A stretch of 64,000 bases of DNA from Heptranchias perlo (GCF_035084215.1 NC_090340.1:24118001-24182000), one strand, 5' to 3'; positions 12,341-25,721 are shown, counted from the first letter of the stretch. Numbers and translations are program-made. Notes: a model not told the origin generated them from the sequence alone.

Positions 12341-14101
12341 ATACTGCCTCACTCTCATCCACCAGATCTGTAACTTCCTCAAATAAATCCAATAAATTGG
12401 TCAGACACAACCTGCCTCTTCTGAATCCATGCTGGCTCAAATCTAACCAGACCCTGTCCTTCCCTTATGTTATCCCCCATCAAAGTCTCAAACACTTGCC
12501 CCACAATTGAGGTGAGACTCATAGATCTATAATTTGAGGGTTTGTGCAGTGCCCATAATTTAAACATGGAGGTCATATTAGCTACTTTCTAGTCCACAGG
12601 GATGTTACTCGGTTCCAATGAACTTCAGTGAGATGATTTGCATTCTGCTCAGCCAACTCCAAAATTCTTCAACATGTCCAATAACGTTCTCCAATAATGT
12701 TTCCGAGACTGTCCACAGCCTCTCCGAATCCTTCTTCCTTTAGGTGAACAATGTTTGACCAAAATTTAAATACTGTACTTTAAACTACAACACAATTTAA
12801 CATAACTTCACGCATTCCGATCAATCAAAGCAAGCAAATTGTTTAAAAGGCACAGGGTGAATTTTCTTGTTGGGGTGGGGGGTCTCCTGATCAGTCACTG
12901 TAACTTTGGCGGATAGCTTCCTCACGCCCGTAAATGGGGTTTTACGCTGAGGAAATTCCCGGTGATAATTCAGCGATACAAACATATCCGAGAAATTGTA
13001 ATCACCACTCTTCACCCTTGCACTTTCACGTGCAGGAATATTAATAGGATGGCAAGTTATTACCAATAATTTTGCTTCAAGGATTTTAATGTATAACTAG
13101 TGCTTCTCCCATGACATTATTCATGATAGTTGGAGAATGCACTGGTTCACAAGGCCAGCAGCATTATACCATGTAATGCACAATACATTATTCTGCTGGA
13201 GCTGTATATAACTGGTGCCACAAGGTCCAATTGCACTAAATGGACACCACTCAAGCTCAGTTACAAGCTAATTGCTTATGGGAAGATCCCGAGGTCAATT
13301 GGAGGCTTTTGAAACCAGTAGGAAATTACTGGCACAGTGAGACACCTGAAGTGCATATAGTAGGTCTCCCATGGTGCTGCTCACTGTGGGTCAGAGGAAT
13401 GTTTCCCTTACCTGTTGTCTTTGGATTGGTGCCTCTTTCTTTCTCTTTATCTCCTGTTCTGCCTCTCTCTCAGCCATCTTCTCCTTCTGCCTATCTCTTC
13501 TCATTTCAGGCGGAAGGTTGCATGTTGTTGGTGGGAGGGAGTAGAACATGTTTACAATGTATTTACAGTTAGCCCATCCCCTCCCCTGCAACCTTTTGCA
13601 CCTTTCTAGCCCATGATCACCTCTATGCATTCTCTTCAACACTCCTTGTCCTCACTCTTTACCTTGTCCACCTATCCTTCAACAGCACCATCACCGTTAT
13701 GGACTTCCCTCATCATGCCTACCCCTGCCCCTTGCACCCTCCCCTTTCCCTCGTCTCCCACCCTTGGCTTCCAACATGGCTGCTAAGCCCTCCGTCATCA
13801 CACTTACTCCCCTTTCCCCTTCCCCCCCCCCCCCCCCGTCTCCCCCACATGTAGGTCTACACCGTCTCAGTCAGCACACCTTTTCTCTGCGCTTTCTCTA
13901 CCTCAACTCTCTCATGTCCCCTCTGCCCCCTGTTCCCTATCTCTGCCATTGCCTCTTTCTGTACTCCCCCTCTCCCATCCCCACCTCTCTTCCCTTTGTC
14001 CTCATCCCCTCCCTCCCCAAAACCTAAAAAAAAACCTGAAAACTTGTCTCCTAGCACTGAGCTGAGAAACAGGCTTTTAGTTTTATTTTACAGCACTTAA
14101 A

Positions 14102-14755
14102 AGCCCCGATGTTGGTCTCCCTACTGCCCCGGGAACAGTGAGACCAAAATGACAAAAATAATCTTAACGCCGCCTTCCTGCCTGAGGCCCACCCGCTGTC
14201 ATTTTGACTTAGGCGACCATGCTCCTGCTGGAAATGGGCAGGACCCTCATTATTCAATTGGGGGTCTTATGATGTGGTTAGGACACCAATGCCATTTTTG
14301 TGCAGTTAAGCACAGCGCCCAATTAGTGCTGGACCCACCCACTACACAGGAGAGGAGACTGCCAGAAGCAGTGTCCCTTAAAGGGATCACTGGAAGCAGC
14401 CCTGGGAACAATAAGAAAAATTACTTATTTGACACTTTTTGGGCAACAGGATGTATAATAGCTCTCACTGGAACGCGCTGCTAATCCTTCCCCCTTCCTC
14501 CAATAATGCTCTCCATTGACCCTCCCCATTCAGCCCAGCCCTCCCCATTAATTCTTTTCTGCAGGCCCGTGCGGTGTGAATGGACTGCCAGATTTTCCTG
14601 CCCCACCAAAACAGCGAGCTGCCTCGAAACATGCTGGCAGCTCACCAGTTGAATGCAAATGAGACCCATCAAAATGGTTCGGCCCTCTCGCTAGCGACAT
14701 CAGTGGGTGTTGCGATAGTTCCGTCCCATGTAGGCCAAAGATGAAAATTGACCCC
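14102..14755. mobile_element. Harbinger-type MITE/non-autonomous element
   Basis: Ends agccccgatgttgg / gatgaaaattgacccc resemble the other Harbinger termini; aaa occurs at both flanks. Confidence 0.5.
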
Positions 14756-15299
14756 AAAGTGCTCATGCTGAATTTCTACAGTATAAGCGCTTTAAAACAG
14801 GGCTGCCATTCCTTACCTTGTTATGGGAACCCAGCACTAAGACCACAGCGCAGAAGAAGTGAGTGAGAGGGGGGTGCAGTTAGGTGGCCTAAGGCCAGAC
14901 ACCCAAAGCTTTCCATTTTGGGGCAGCAGCAGGGAAAGGGAGGGGGAACGAGGCCAAAAAACTGCGATGGGAGTGTGGGCTGACTGGCCACAAAAGCAAA
15001 GAATACAGATTGGCGGGAATGGGAAGGGGCTTGCACAGGCATTCCTCAAGTGTGCAGCCTTAGGCCCATGATGGTGGGGACGGAAGATGGCGCAGGCAGA
15101 CATCCCGAGGCTGGAGGGCAGGTGAGCATCAGAAGCAGGATGGGTAAGCTCCAGGAGCAGGGCTGACAGGTCGGTAATGCAGCGATTAGGTGGGGAACAC
15201 GATGAGCAGGCCAAAGATGGCACCAGGAACGAGGTGGATGGGCAAGCAGTGCAATGGTGAATGGAAGGTGATTAGAGATAAAGTAAATTGGATGGTGTT

Positions 15300-15774
15300 A
15301 TACGAACATACGAAATTGATGGGCGGTAAAAGACCAGCTAGTCCATCAAGCCTGCCCCACATCATGATGGCCGGACCATCATGGATAAAACACTTCTTCC
15401 CTCCCCCGACCTCCCTCCCTCCCTCACACCCACAAGCATGTAATCTCCTGGGAGAGGCGAAAAACAGAAAAAAACCCAGGGCCAATAAGGGAAAAAATAC
15501 TCTGTAAAATTTCTCTCCAACCCCCTCAGGCAATCGAAACCAATCCAGGTGTTCATGTGGACCAAGTATTATCTATAAAGACACTTACCTTCTATATGAT
15601 GTGATCTCTGCCCCAGTCAGGGACCGGTCCAGCTCCCTTTTGAAGGCATGCAGAAAGTCAGCTCCCATCACACCAGCCAGCAATATCTTCCAGAGGCTCA
15701 TAGTTCTCTGGGAAAAGAAGAACCACCTAACATCTAGTCTATTCCTCCTCTTCCATAGTTAAAACTCGTGTACC
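15300..15774 (-). mobile_element. CR1 LINE 3' end, split by a later insertion (its upstream part is 17088-17172)
   Basis: The minus strand encodes IEVYKIIKGL...RLFQFNRLGG in 17088-17172 and continues to RLDVRWFFFSQRTMSLWK here. Its 3' UTR is also seen at 44750-44990. Confidence 0.8.
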
Positions 15775-15907
15775 CATGAACACCTGGATTGGTTTTGATT
15801 GCCTGAGGGAGTTGGAGAGAAATTTTACAGAGTATTTTTTCCCTTATTGGCCCTGGGTTTTTTTCTGTTTTTCGTCTCTCCCTGGAGATTACATGGTTGT
15901 GGGTGTG

Positions 15908-17087
15908 GTGTCAGTGACTGCCCTTGACATCAAAGCAGCATTTGACCGAGTGTGGCACCAAGGAGCCCAAGTAAAATTGAAGGCAATGGGAATCAGGGGG
16001 AAAACTCTCTAGTGGCTGGAGTCATACCAGCACAAAGGAAGACGGTAGTAGTTGTTGGAGGCCATTCATCTCAGCCCCAGGACATTGCTGCAGGAGTTCC
16101 TCAGGGCAGTGTCCTTGGCCCATCCATCTTCAGCTGCTTCATCAATGACCTGCCCTCCATCATAAGGTCAGAAATGGGAATGTTCGCTGATGATTGCACA
16201 GTGTTCAGTTCCATTCACAACCCCTCAGATAATGAAGCAGTCTGTGCCCACATGCAGCAAGATCTGGACAACATTCAGGCTTGGGGTGAGAAGTGGCAAG
16301 TAACATTCGCACCAGACAAATGCCAGGCAATGACCATCTCCAACAAGAGAGAGTCTAACCACCTCCCCTTGTCATCCAATGGCATTACCATTGCCAAATC
16401 CCACACCATCAACATCCTGGGGGTCACCATTGACCAGAAACTTAACTGGACCAGACACATAAATACTGTGGCTACAAGAGCAGGTCAGTGGCTGGGTATT
16501 CTGCAGCGAGTGACTCACCTCCTGACTCCCCAAAGCCTTTCCACCATCTACAAGGCACAAGTCAGGCGTGTGATGGAATACTCTCCACTTGCCTGGATGA
16601 GTGCAGCTCCAACAACACCCAAGAAGCTCGACACCATCCAGGACAAAGCAGCCTGCTTGATTGGCACCCCATCCACCACCTTAAATATTCACTCCCTTCA
16701 CCACCGGCACACCGTGGCTGCAGTGTGTACCATCCACAGGATGCAATGCAGCAATTCGCCAAGGCTTCTTCGACAGCATCTCCCAAACCCGCGACCTCTA
16801 CCACCTAGAAGGACAAGTGCAGCAGGCACATGGGAACAACACCATCTGCACATTCCCCTCCATGTCACACACCATCCCGACTTGGAAATATATCACTATT
16901 CCTTCATCGTCGCTGGGCCAAAATCCTGGAACTCCCTACCTAACAGCACTGTGGGAGAACCTTCACCACACGGACTGCAGTGGTTCAAGAAGGCGGCTCA
17001 CCACCACCTTCTCAAGGGCAATTAGGGATCGGCAATAAATGCTGGCCTTGCCAGCGACGCCCACATCCCATGAACGAATAAAAAAAA
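15908..17087 (+). mobile_element. 5'-truncated non-LTR retrotransposon (CR1/L2/Jockey-group RT)
   Basis: VTALDIKAAFDRVWHQG, GVPQGSVLGP, MFADD, ILGVTID and YKAQVR..MEYS motifs; A-rich tail at 17077-17087. Confidence 0.92.
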
Positions 17088-17172
17088 TCCCTGGTCCTCC
17101 CAATCTGTTAAACTGGAATAATCTATCAATCGGGGTGCTAACCAGCCCTTTAATTATTTTATAGACCTCGAT

Positions 17173-18290
17173 GTATTTTTTGAGCAGGTAGCAAGGAGGG
17201 TCGATGAGGGTAGTGCATTTGATGTGGTCTACATGGATTTTAGCAAGACTTTTGACAAGGTCCCACATCCCACTGGTCAAAAAAGAACAAGCCCATGGGA
17301 TCCAAGGGAGAGTGGCAAATTAGATCCAAAATTGGCTCAGTGGCAGGAAGCAAAGTGTTTTTGTGACTGGAAGGCTGTTTCCAGTGGGGTTCCTCAGGGC
17401 TCAGTACTAGATCCCTTGCTTTTTGTGATATATATTAATGATTTGGTCTTAAATGTAGGGGGCATGATTAAGAAGTTTGCAGATGACTCAAAAATTGGCC
17501 GTGTGGTTGATAGTGAGGAGGAAAGCTGTAGACTGCAGGAAGATATCAATGGATTTGTCAGGTGGTCAGAAAAGTGGCAAATGGAATTCAATCCGGAGAA
17601 GCGCAAGGAAATGTATTTGGTGAGGGCAAACAAAGCAAGGGAGTACACAATAAATGGGAGGATACTGAAAGGTGTAGAGGAAGTGAGGGACCTTGGAGTG
17701 CATGTCCACAGATCCCTGAAGGTAGCAGGTCAGGTAGATAAGGTGGTTAAGAAGGCATATGGAATACTTTCCTTTATTAACCAAGGCATAGAATATGAAA
17801 GCAGGGATGTTTTGCTGGAACTGTATAAAACATTGGTTAGGCCACAGCTAGAGTACTGTGTACAGTTCTGGTCACCACATTACAGGAAGGATGTAATTGC
17901 ACTAGGGAGGGTACAGAGAAGATTTATGAGGATGTTGCCAGGACTGGAGAATTTTAGCTACAAAGAAAGATTGGATAGGCTGGGGTTGTTCTCTTTGGAA
18001 CAAAGGAGGCTGAGGGGTGATTTAATTGAGGTGTATAAAATGATGAGGGGCCTCGATAGAGTGGATAGGAAGGACCTATTTCCCTTAGCAGTATGGTCAA
18101 TAACCAGGGGGCATAGATTTAAAGTGATTGGTAGAAGGATTAGAGGGTAGCTGAGGAAAACGTTTATCACCCAGAGGGTGGTGGGGGCCTGGAACTCACT
18201 GCATGAAAGGGTGGTAGAGGCAGAAACCCTCATCACATTTTAAAAGTACCTGGATGTGCACCTGAAGTGCTGTAACCTACAGGGCAATAA
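17173..18290 (+). mobile_element. CR1 LINE RT fragment
   Basis: VYMDFSKTFDKVPH, SGVPQGSVL, KFADD, DLGVHVHRSLK and LYKTLVRPQLEYC motifs. Confidence 0.92.
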
Positions 18291-18604
18291 CACCAAGATC
18301 TTTTTGTCACTCAACCTCTTATTAAGCATACCGCCAGAGTACCACCTAGCTTCCGGAGGACTGAAAGACAAATCTAATGATAAGTATACACACCTCGCTG
18401 GTTAAAAGTAATATCCAGGCATGACGGAAATAGCATGACAATCAAATCATGATACAGAAAGTATGTGTGATAAACATAAAGTCCAATTCAGACTCAAGAC
18501 TTTTAACATATTATTGAAGATATATAGAGATATTGTTGGCCTCAAGACTAGGGAAAAGAAATCCCTTTTTGTCTTAGTTCTATTGCCTGTTCAGCTCTCT
18601 TGAC

Positions 18605-18864
18605 GTGGAGATGCCGGTGATGGACTGGGGTTGACAATTGTAAACAATTTTACAACACCAAGTTATAGTCCAGCAATTTTATTTTAAATTCACAAGCTTT
18701 CGGAGATTTTCTCCTTCCTCAGGCAAATGTTTCAAGATCTCCTTGAAGCCTGAGATCAAGGAGATCTTGAAACATTTGCCTGAGGAAGGAGAAAATCTCC
18801 GAAAGCTTGTGAATTTAAAATAAAATTGCTGGACTATAACTTGGTGTTGTAAAATTGTTTACAA
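18605..18864. mobile_element. Penelope pLTR-derived inverted-repeat insertion with 13-bp TSD
   Basis: Perfect inverted arms 18638-18746 and 18756-18864 with a 9-nt spacer, flanked by the direct repeat cagctctcttgac (18592-18604 and 18865-18877). The arms are homologous to the 3' end of the Penelope copy at 7911-8003. Confidence 0.88.
18774..18814 (+). ncRNA. Minimal hammerhead ribozyme motif (mirror copy on the minus strand at about 18688-18728)
   Basis: atttgc-CTGAGGA-a-ggaga(aaa)tctcc-GAAA-gctt-gtgaat: both conserved boxes, a 5-bp stem II and a stem I with G-U pairs. Confidence 0.72.
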
Positions 18865-19360
18865 CAGCTCTCTTGACAGTACAGCTTCAGTATTTTCTGT
18901 ATTATTTAATAGTAACAATAAAAGGAATTTGAAATAATGAATTCTATATTAATTCCTATATTTTGATTTTCTCCCATATGTTTCAAATGTAGAGATCAGT
19001 CAAAATCTGAAAAAGAAAATTGGGTTCATGTTTTGAATGTGAGAACCTGCTTTGGGAGAGCAGTTGTCTGCGTTTCTACACACTTATTTACTCTTTTCGA
19101 TCAACCTCTGAGATTCTTTTCAGATTTCCTGTATTTGTGTTAATCTTTTTATCAATACAGTTGTCATGCATGCTCACAGTTAGATGATCATAGTTCTTTA
19201 AATCCAAATGTATTCACTTTGTGAGGTTGGATCAGGATAGATCTCACATCCTGTGAAATAATCCCTGTTTACATTTCACTATTCTACCAAAATGAAAGGA
19301 GGTGGGAGATTGTGAGCCTGTAAAAGCATCAAAAAAGGTTATAATAATTTGCAACTTGTG

Positions 19361-19383
19361 CACGTGCACACACATACACATGT

Positions 19384-19416
<33 letters not shown>
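19361..19416. repeat. (CA)n microsatellite
   Basis: Directly visible CA run. Confidence 0.95.
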
Positions 19417-19418
<2 letters not shown>

Positions 19419-21779
19419 TATATGTGCGCGCAGGGGTCACTAGATAGCAATCAGGAACTGGAATGCTGGTTTATTTTTCTCCTCCCGAGGCCATTGGGAT
19501 AAATTGTACTGCCCAAACTTCTTGATGGCTGAGGTCAACTAACCTAGTGCAGGCTGGAAATTAAACCTACGCTTGCCTTTATCCATTAGACCATCAGGGG
19601 AGCCTACTTACGAGGGTTAAAGTGTAAACAGGACCTGTTGCACCCTTACTTATTCTAAGTTTGTGTCTATCTCACGTGTTTAAACATAAAATATATATTT
19701 TTTAAATGGATAAATAATGACAGATGTACTGGCATAATGATGGGCTGCAGCTACCACTAATCCATTTGCTCACCTGCCATTTTCCGCACGACCAATTAAC
19801 ATACATTTAATTAAGGCAGTTTGGTACTTTCCATACTGTTTGTGGGGAGCTTTAGAAGTCCCATTTGAATTAGGGTTTAGTAGCTGCCACTGTGATATAT
19901 TGCATTTTTGTAAGCACTTCTCTGCTAAATATGAATCTGTTGTGAGCCATAGAACCTGAGGGCACTATTAGCAATCATAATAAAATAGTCTAATCAATGT
20001 GTGATATTTTCTAACGATCATTACATATATGATAGGTGTGATTTAAAGGGGGAACCAACAATTTTAAAGTAATTTGAAATTTAACGTTATACAAAATGCC
20101 ACAACAAATTCATTTGCACTGACAAGTCACATTCTACATCAATATATTGAGGCATTCAGTAACCAGAAGATAAAAGGGCAGCACATGTGCCGGAATAATT
20201 CAGGAACTGAAAGTGCCGGGCACAGGGCCATCTCATAACATGGTGTTTTTAAAATTATGTTGAAGTGATTAACCAGTTCGCACAGCAAGGGAAAATGGAC
20301 ACAAAATGTATCAAAAATGTTTCATATAACAAGTCACGAAAAAAAAACACTAAGATTTTTATACAAAAAATGATTAATTGGTAGATAACTTCACCACTAT
20401 TTATAAGACCATAAGAGACCATAAGAGATAGGAGCAGGAGTAGGCCATTTATATTTATATTTGAAAATATCCTAAGCCTGTATTAGATGTAATGATGTTA
20501 CCTGTTCTTTCTCTCTTTAAACAGGCAAACGATAACTATTAATCTTCAAAGAAAAGGCTTGAGCTCTGTTGCAGTTCTGTCAGAAAATAACTGGCTGACT
20601 GGTTTTACATCTTTATAAAACAAGGCGATCTGTTTCAAAAGGGAGGTTGTGGAAACGATGGCGTTAGTGATGAGCTATCATCCAGGGTAACAGATCTCAG
20701 ATGGGAAAGGAACACAGCTCAGGTACAATATGATAAAAAGAATTGATTTTTTTTTACTGCTATAAATTAAGTCAAACAAAAGGTTTCAAATGTTAAAAAA
20801 AAATCCACACCAGACTACTTAAAAACCCAACTGAATTCTTCTTAATTCCAAAAGCTCAGTGCTTCCTCAGCAATGGAATCCCTTTCATCTCTTGAATAAT
20901 GATCTGTGTAACTGGTATAGACATGTGTGAATGATAGGAAATCCCAGGGAGCAAGATTGGGTTTGCACCTGGGGTTTTGAAATGAAGGGGCCCTTGCCAC
21001 ACTTAAAAGTAACCAGATTCTATTGAATATTCATGGATGAGTGAGCTATAAGTGAGTGGCCAAAGCTCAGAGGATGTTTGTATTTTGAATCCTTTCTATA
21101 ATTAATAACATGTATGTGATTCAAAAAAAATGTGAATTTAATCCAATTGAACAATAAACTAATGGATTAAAGAGGTAGAGAGAAAAAAGAATGTGCAAGA
21201 TTGAACAAAGCTGTGTTGTATTTTCTACTATTGATGCCGAATTCTGCCTACCTTAGGTTATCATTGACAACTTTTGCAATTTAAGTTAGTATATCCCCCT
21301 CCTACTGCCAGATCTTGTCATACATAGAATTACATAGAATTTACAGAACAGAAACAGGCCATTCGGCCCAACAGGTCTAAGCTGGTGTTTATGCTCCACA
21401 CGAGCCTCCTCCCACCTTACTTCATCTCACCCTATCACCATATCCTTCTATTCCTTTCTCCCTCTTGTGCTTATCTAGCTTCCCCTTAAATGCATCTATA
21501 ATGCATACAGTCATACAGATGCCTATATTTAATTAGGCTGTCAACTTTTTGTTGTGTAACTTTCATGATGGTACAAGAGAAGAAGGGATGCAGAAGAAAA
21601 TGAGGCAACAGGTCACAGTTTTACTCAAAATAAGGCAGGGTATTTAACTGGGATATGCATTATGCCCTGTATTTACCTGTAGATATACCGTGTGCATGGT
21701 GCAGAAATTATTCTTTTCTGAGGGGATTCGCTTTAGCTTCTGTCCCAGTAGAACACCCCCTCCCCAGAGCTCTTATACT

Positions 21780-22230
21780 GCACTTTCAAATTCCCAGTAG
21801 CCTAGCTTTTGGCCGTCCATTCATCAAGATACCTCTGCAGCTGTTGATTTGCTCACCTCACCTCCACCTTTCAGGGCCCTTGACCCCTGTAAAACCGTCA
21901 CTGTTTCTCACCCCAGTTGTTCCCCCGGTACCGTCCCCATCTTTGCTTCCTCAAGTCCACAGGGCACAAACTCGAGCATATCTGGTGCACAACTGGTTTA
22001 GCCATCCATTACCAGATCTGGCTGAACAACATCAAGCTCTCCCAGCTCTCACTCTTCTCTACTAAAACCAGCCACTATTCTAGGATCATTCTGGAGGGCA
22101 AAGATAACCCCAGCTTCATTTCTCCACTACCAGAGTCTCCTGAAACATCTCTCCCCTGCTAACTCCACCCTCACCTTTAACAGCAAGTGTGAGGAGCTCA
22201 TAGACTTTTTTGCTACTATGCTCACTGACA
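21780..22230 (+). mobile_element. Degraded L2 LINE internal fragment
   Basis: TTGLAIHYQIWL...HYSRIILEGKDNP resembles the L2 ORF2 linker region. Confidence 0.55.
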
Positions 22231-22641
22231 TTTGGTGCATGTTTTATGAGTATCTGTAATCCCAACCCTAACTGTCACAGCTCTTCCTCTATCCAAAAGC
22301 AGCTTTGTTGGAAAGAGCATCCATGTGGATAGGCTTTACAGTGATACTGCCAATGATGGAAGAACATAATGACAGAGATTGTCTTGCTCAGATATGAAGA
22401 ATGGCCACTTGGGTGAGGTTAGTGGAGGATTACTGGTATCCGTGGAGCTGTAGTCCCAGCATCGGTCACTAACTGGAAGAGTGGAAGATTTTCAAAGGGA
22501 GGAGAAAGTTGAAAAAAAGTGGCAGAAACCTAGTCACAATTAATTGTCCTTCACAACTCACAAAGGACTCTGCTCTCTTAATATTCAGGCGGTTTCAAAT
22601 GCCAAACATTTTACCTAACTTAATCAACTTTCTGACACATT

Positions 22642-23670
22642 GGCCCCGATATTTACTCGGGTCCATGAAGAGGGAGGGGGAAAGGATATACGGATGGGAA
22701 ACCCAGAAGCATGGGTTTCCCGGACGTGTTTCAAATTTTTTCTGTAGGTTTCCCACGCAGCAGCCTGCCAGATTGAAGGCTGGCTGTCATACATCGGGAA
22801 AGCAGCCAGGGATCGGATACCAGCGGGTAAGTCTGACATCAGGGGCTTGGGGCCGATCATTGGGATGGGGGTGGGGGGGGAATCGGTCATTGTAGGGGGG
22901 TCATCGGGGTGGGGCTCCGTCACGGGGACACAATCATTGGGGGCTCAGTCGGTGGGTCGGTCTTCGGGGGGTTGGACATCGGGGTCGGAGTTCATCATGG
23001 AGTCAGTTATTGGGGGTGATCATCGGGGGCTTGGTCATCAGGGGGGGGGTTGAAGATCATGGGGGGGTCGGAGATCGTGAAGGTTGTCAGAGATCATGGG
23101 GGGTTGGAGATCGTGGGGGTGGTCGAAGATCATGAGGGGGGGGTCAGAGATCGTAGGGGCCGTTGGAGATCGTGGGGGTGGTCGGAGATCATGGGGGGTC
23201 GGAGATCGTAGGGGGCGTTGGAGATTGTGGAGGAGGGGTTGAAGATCGTGGGGGTGATCTGACATGGGGGTGGGGGGGTCGGCCAATCTCATGTGTGGGA
23301 TCGTGGCAGGTAAGCTTGTTGGGCCAGGGGAAAGCACTCCTGCTCCTCCTGGCCCACAAGCAGTGCAATCAAGGCACTTATCTGTTGATCCAAGGCTTCT
23401 CACCTCCTCCTACGAGGCGTGAAGCAGAAGGCCCGGGAATCCCGGCCACCAGGAGTTAAAAATAAAAATGCTGTTAAAATGAAGGCACACAGCCTCCTTA
23501 AAAGATTTCACTGACCGAGCCACCTCCTGAGAGCGGGTTGGCGCCCGCTTCTCGACCTGCCTCCGTTAAAACCAGAAGTGGGCAGGTTGGGATCAGATTT
23601 TACATTTTAACAATTTTTGACTTCCCACCCGCCCCCAACCCACCCGTTCTAGGGGGTTACAATATATCCC
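22642..23670. mobile_element. Harbinger-type non-autonomous element with an internal G-rich (ggagatcgtggggg)n-like tract
   Basis: Ends ggccccgatattt / aatatatccc with an ATT TSD. The right subterminal is shared with the MITE at 49130-49372. Degenerate ~17-20 bp repeats lie at 22860-23290. Confidence 0.7.
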
Positions 23671-23731
23671 ATTGTCTGATCAAGATGCGTACGTTAACTG
23701 ATGATCACCATCAGAAGGCGATGCTGGTGAA

Positions 23732-25721
23732 TTTTTTTTTTATTTGTTCATGGGATGTGGGTGTCGCTGACAAGGCCAGCATTTATTGCCCATCCCTAAT
23801 TGCCCTCGAGAAGGTGGTGGTGAGCCGCCTTCTTGAACCACTGCAGTCCGTGTCATGAAGGTTCTCCCACAGTGCTGTTACGTAGGGAATTCCAGGATTT
23901 TGACCCAGTGACAATGGAGGAACGGTGATATATTTCCAAGTCGGGATGATGTGTGACTTGGAGGGGAACGTGCAGGTGGTGTTGTCCCCATGTGCCTGCT
24001 GCTCTTATCCTTCTAGGTGGTAGAGGTCGCGGGTTTGGGAGATGCTGTCGAAGAAGCCTTGGCGAGTTGCTGCAGTGCATCCTGTGGATGGTACACACCG
24101 CAGCCACAGTGCGCCGGTGGTGAAGAGAGTGAATGTTTAGGGTGATGGATGCGGTGCCAATCAAGCGAGCTGCTTTGTCCTGGATGGTGTCGAGCTTCTT
24201 GAGTGTTGTTGGAGCTGCACTCATCCAGGCAAGTGGAGAGTATTCCAACACACTCCTGACTTGTGCCTTGTAGATGGTGGAAAGGCTTTGGGGAGTCAGG
24301 AGGTGAGACACTCGCCGCAGAATACCCAGCCTCTGACCTGCTCTTGTAGCCACAGTATTTATGTGGCTGGTTCCAGTTAAGTTTCTGGTCAATGGTGACC
24401 CCCAGGATGGTGATGGTGATGCTGTTGAATGTCAAGGGGAGGTGGTTAGATTCTCTCTTGTTGGAGATGGTCATTGCCTGGCACTTATCTGGCACGAATA
24501 TTACTTGCCACTTATCAGCCCAAGCCTGGATATTGTCCAGGTCTTGCTGCATGCAGGCATGGACTGCTTCATTATCTGAGGGGTTGTGAATGGAACTGAA
24601 CACTGTGCAATCATCAGCGAACATCCCCATTTCTGACCTTATGATGGAGGGAAGGTCATTGATGAAGCAGCTGAAGATGGTTGGGCCTAGGACACTGCCC
24701 TGAGGAACTCCTGCAGCAATATCCTGGGGCTGAGATGATTGGCATCCAACAACCACTACCATCTTCCTTTGTTTTAGGTATGACTCCAGCCACTGGAGAG
24801 TTTTCCCCCTGATTCCCATTGACTTCAATATTACTAGGGCTCCTTGGTGCCACACTCGGTCAAATGCTGCCTTGATGTTAAGGGCAGTCACTCTCACCTC
24901 ACCTCTGGAATTCAGCTCTTTTGTTCAAGGCTGTAATAAGGTCTGGAGCCGAGTGGTCCTGGCGGAACCCAAACTGAGCATCGGTGAGCAGGTTATTGGT
25001 GAGTAAGTGCCGCTTGATAGCACTGTCGACGACACCTTCCATCACTTTGCTGATGATAGAGAGTAGACTGATGGTGCGGTAATTGGCTGGATTGGATTTG
25101 TCCTGCTTTTTGTGGACAGGACATACCTGGGCAATTTTCCACATTGTCGGGTAGATGCCAGTGTTGTAGCTGTACTGGAACAGTTTGGCTAGAGGCGCAG
25201 CTAGTTCTGGAGCACAGGTCTTCAGCACTACAGCTGGGATGTTGTCGGGGCCCATAGCCTTTGTTGTATCCAGTGCACTCAGCCGTTTCTTGATATCACG
25301 TGGAGTGAATCAAATTGGCTGAAGAGTAGCTTCTGTGATGGTGGGGATATCGGGAGGAGGACGAGATGGATCATCCACTCGGCACTTCTGGCTGAAGATG
25401 CTTTGAAACGCTTCAGCCTTGTCTTTTGCACTCACGTGCTGGACTCTGCCATCATTGAGGATGGGGATGTTTACAGAGCCTCCCCCTCCCGTTAGTTATT
25501 TAATTGTCCACCACCATTCACGACTGGATGTGGCAGGACTGCAGAACTTTGATCTGATCCGTTGGTTGTGGAATCGCTTAGCTCTGTCTATTGCATGTTG
25601 CTTCCGCTGTTTAGTATGCATGTAGTCCTGTATTGTAGCTTCATCAGGTTGGCACCTCATTTTTAGGTACACCTGGTGCTGCTCCTGGCATGGTATTCTA
25701 CACTCCTCATTGAACCAGGGT
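23732..25721 (-). mobile_element. Non-LTR retrotransposon, 5'-truncated (same family as 15908-17087)
   Basis: GPDNIPAVVLKTCAPEL, PANYRTISLLSIISKVME, QFGFRQDHS, AAFDRVWHQG, GVPQGSVLGP and FADD motifs; poly-T at 23732; frameshifted. Confidence 0.93.
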
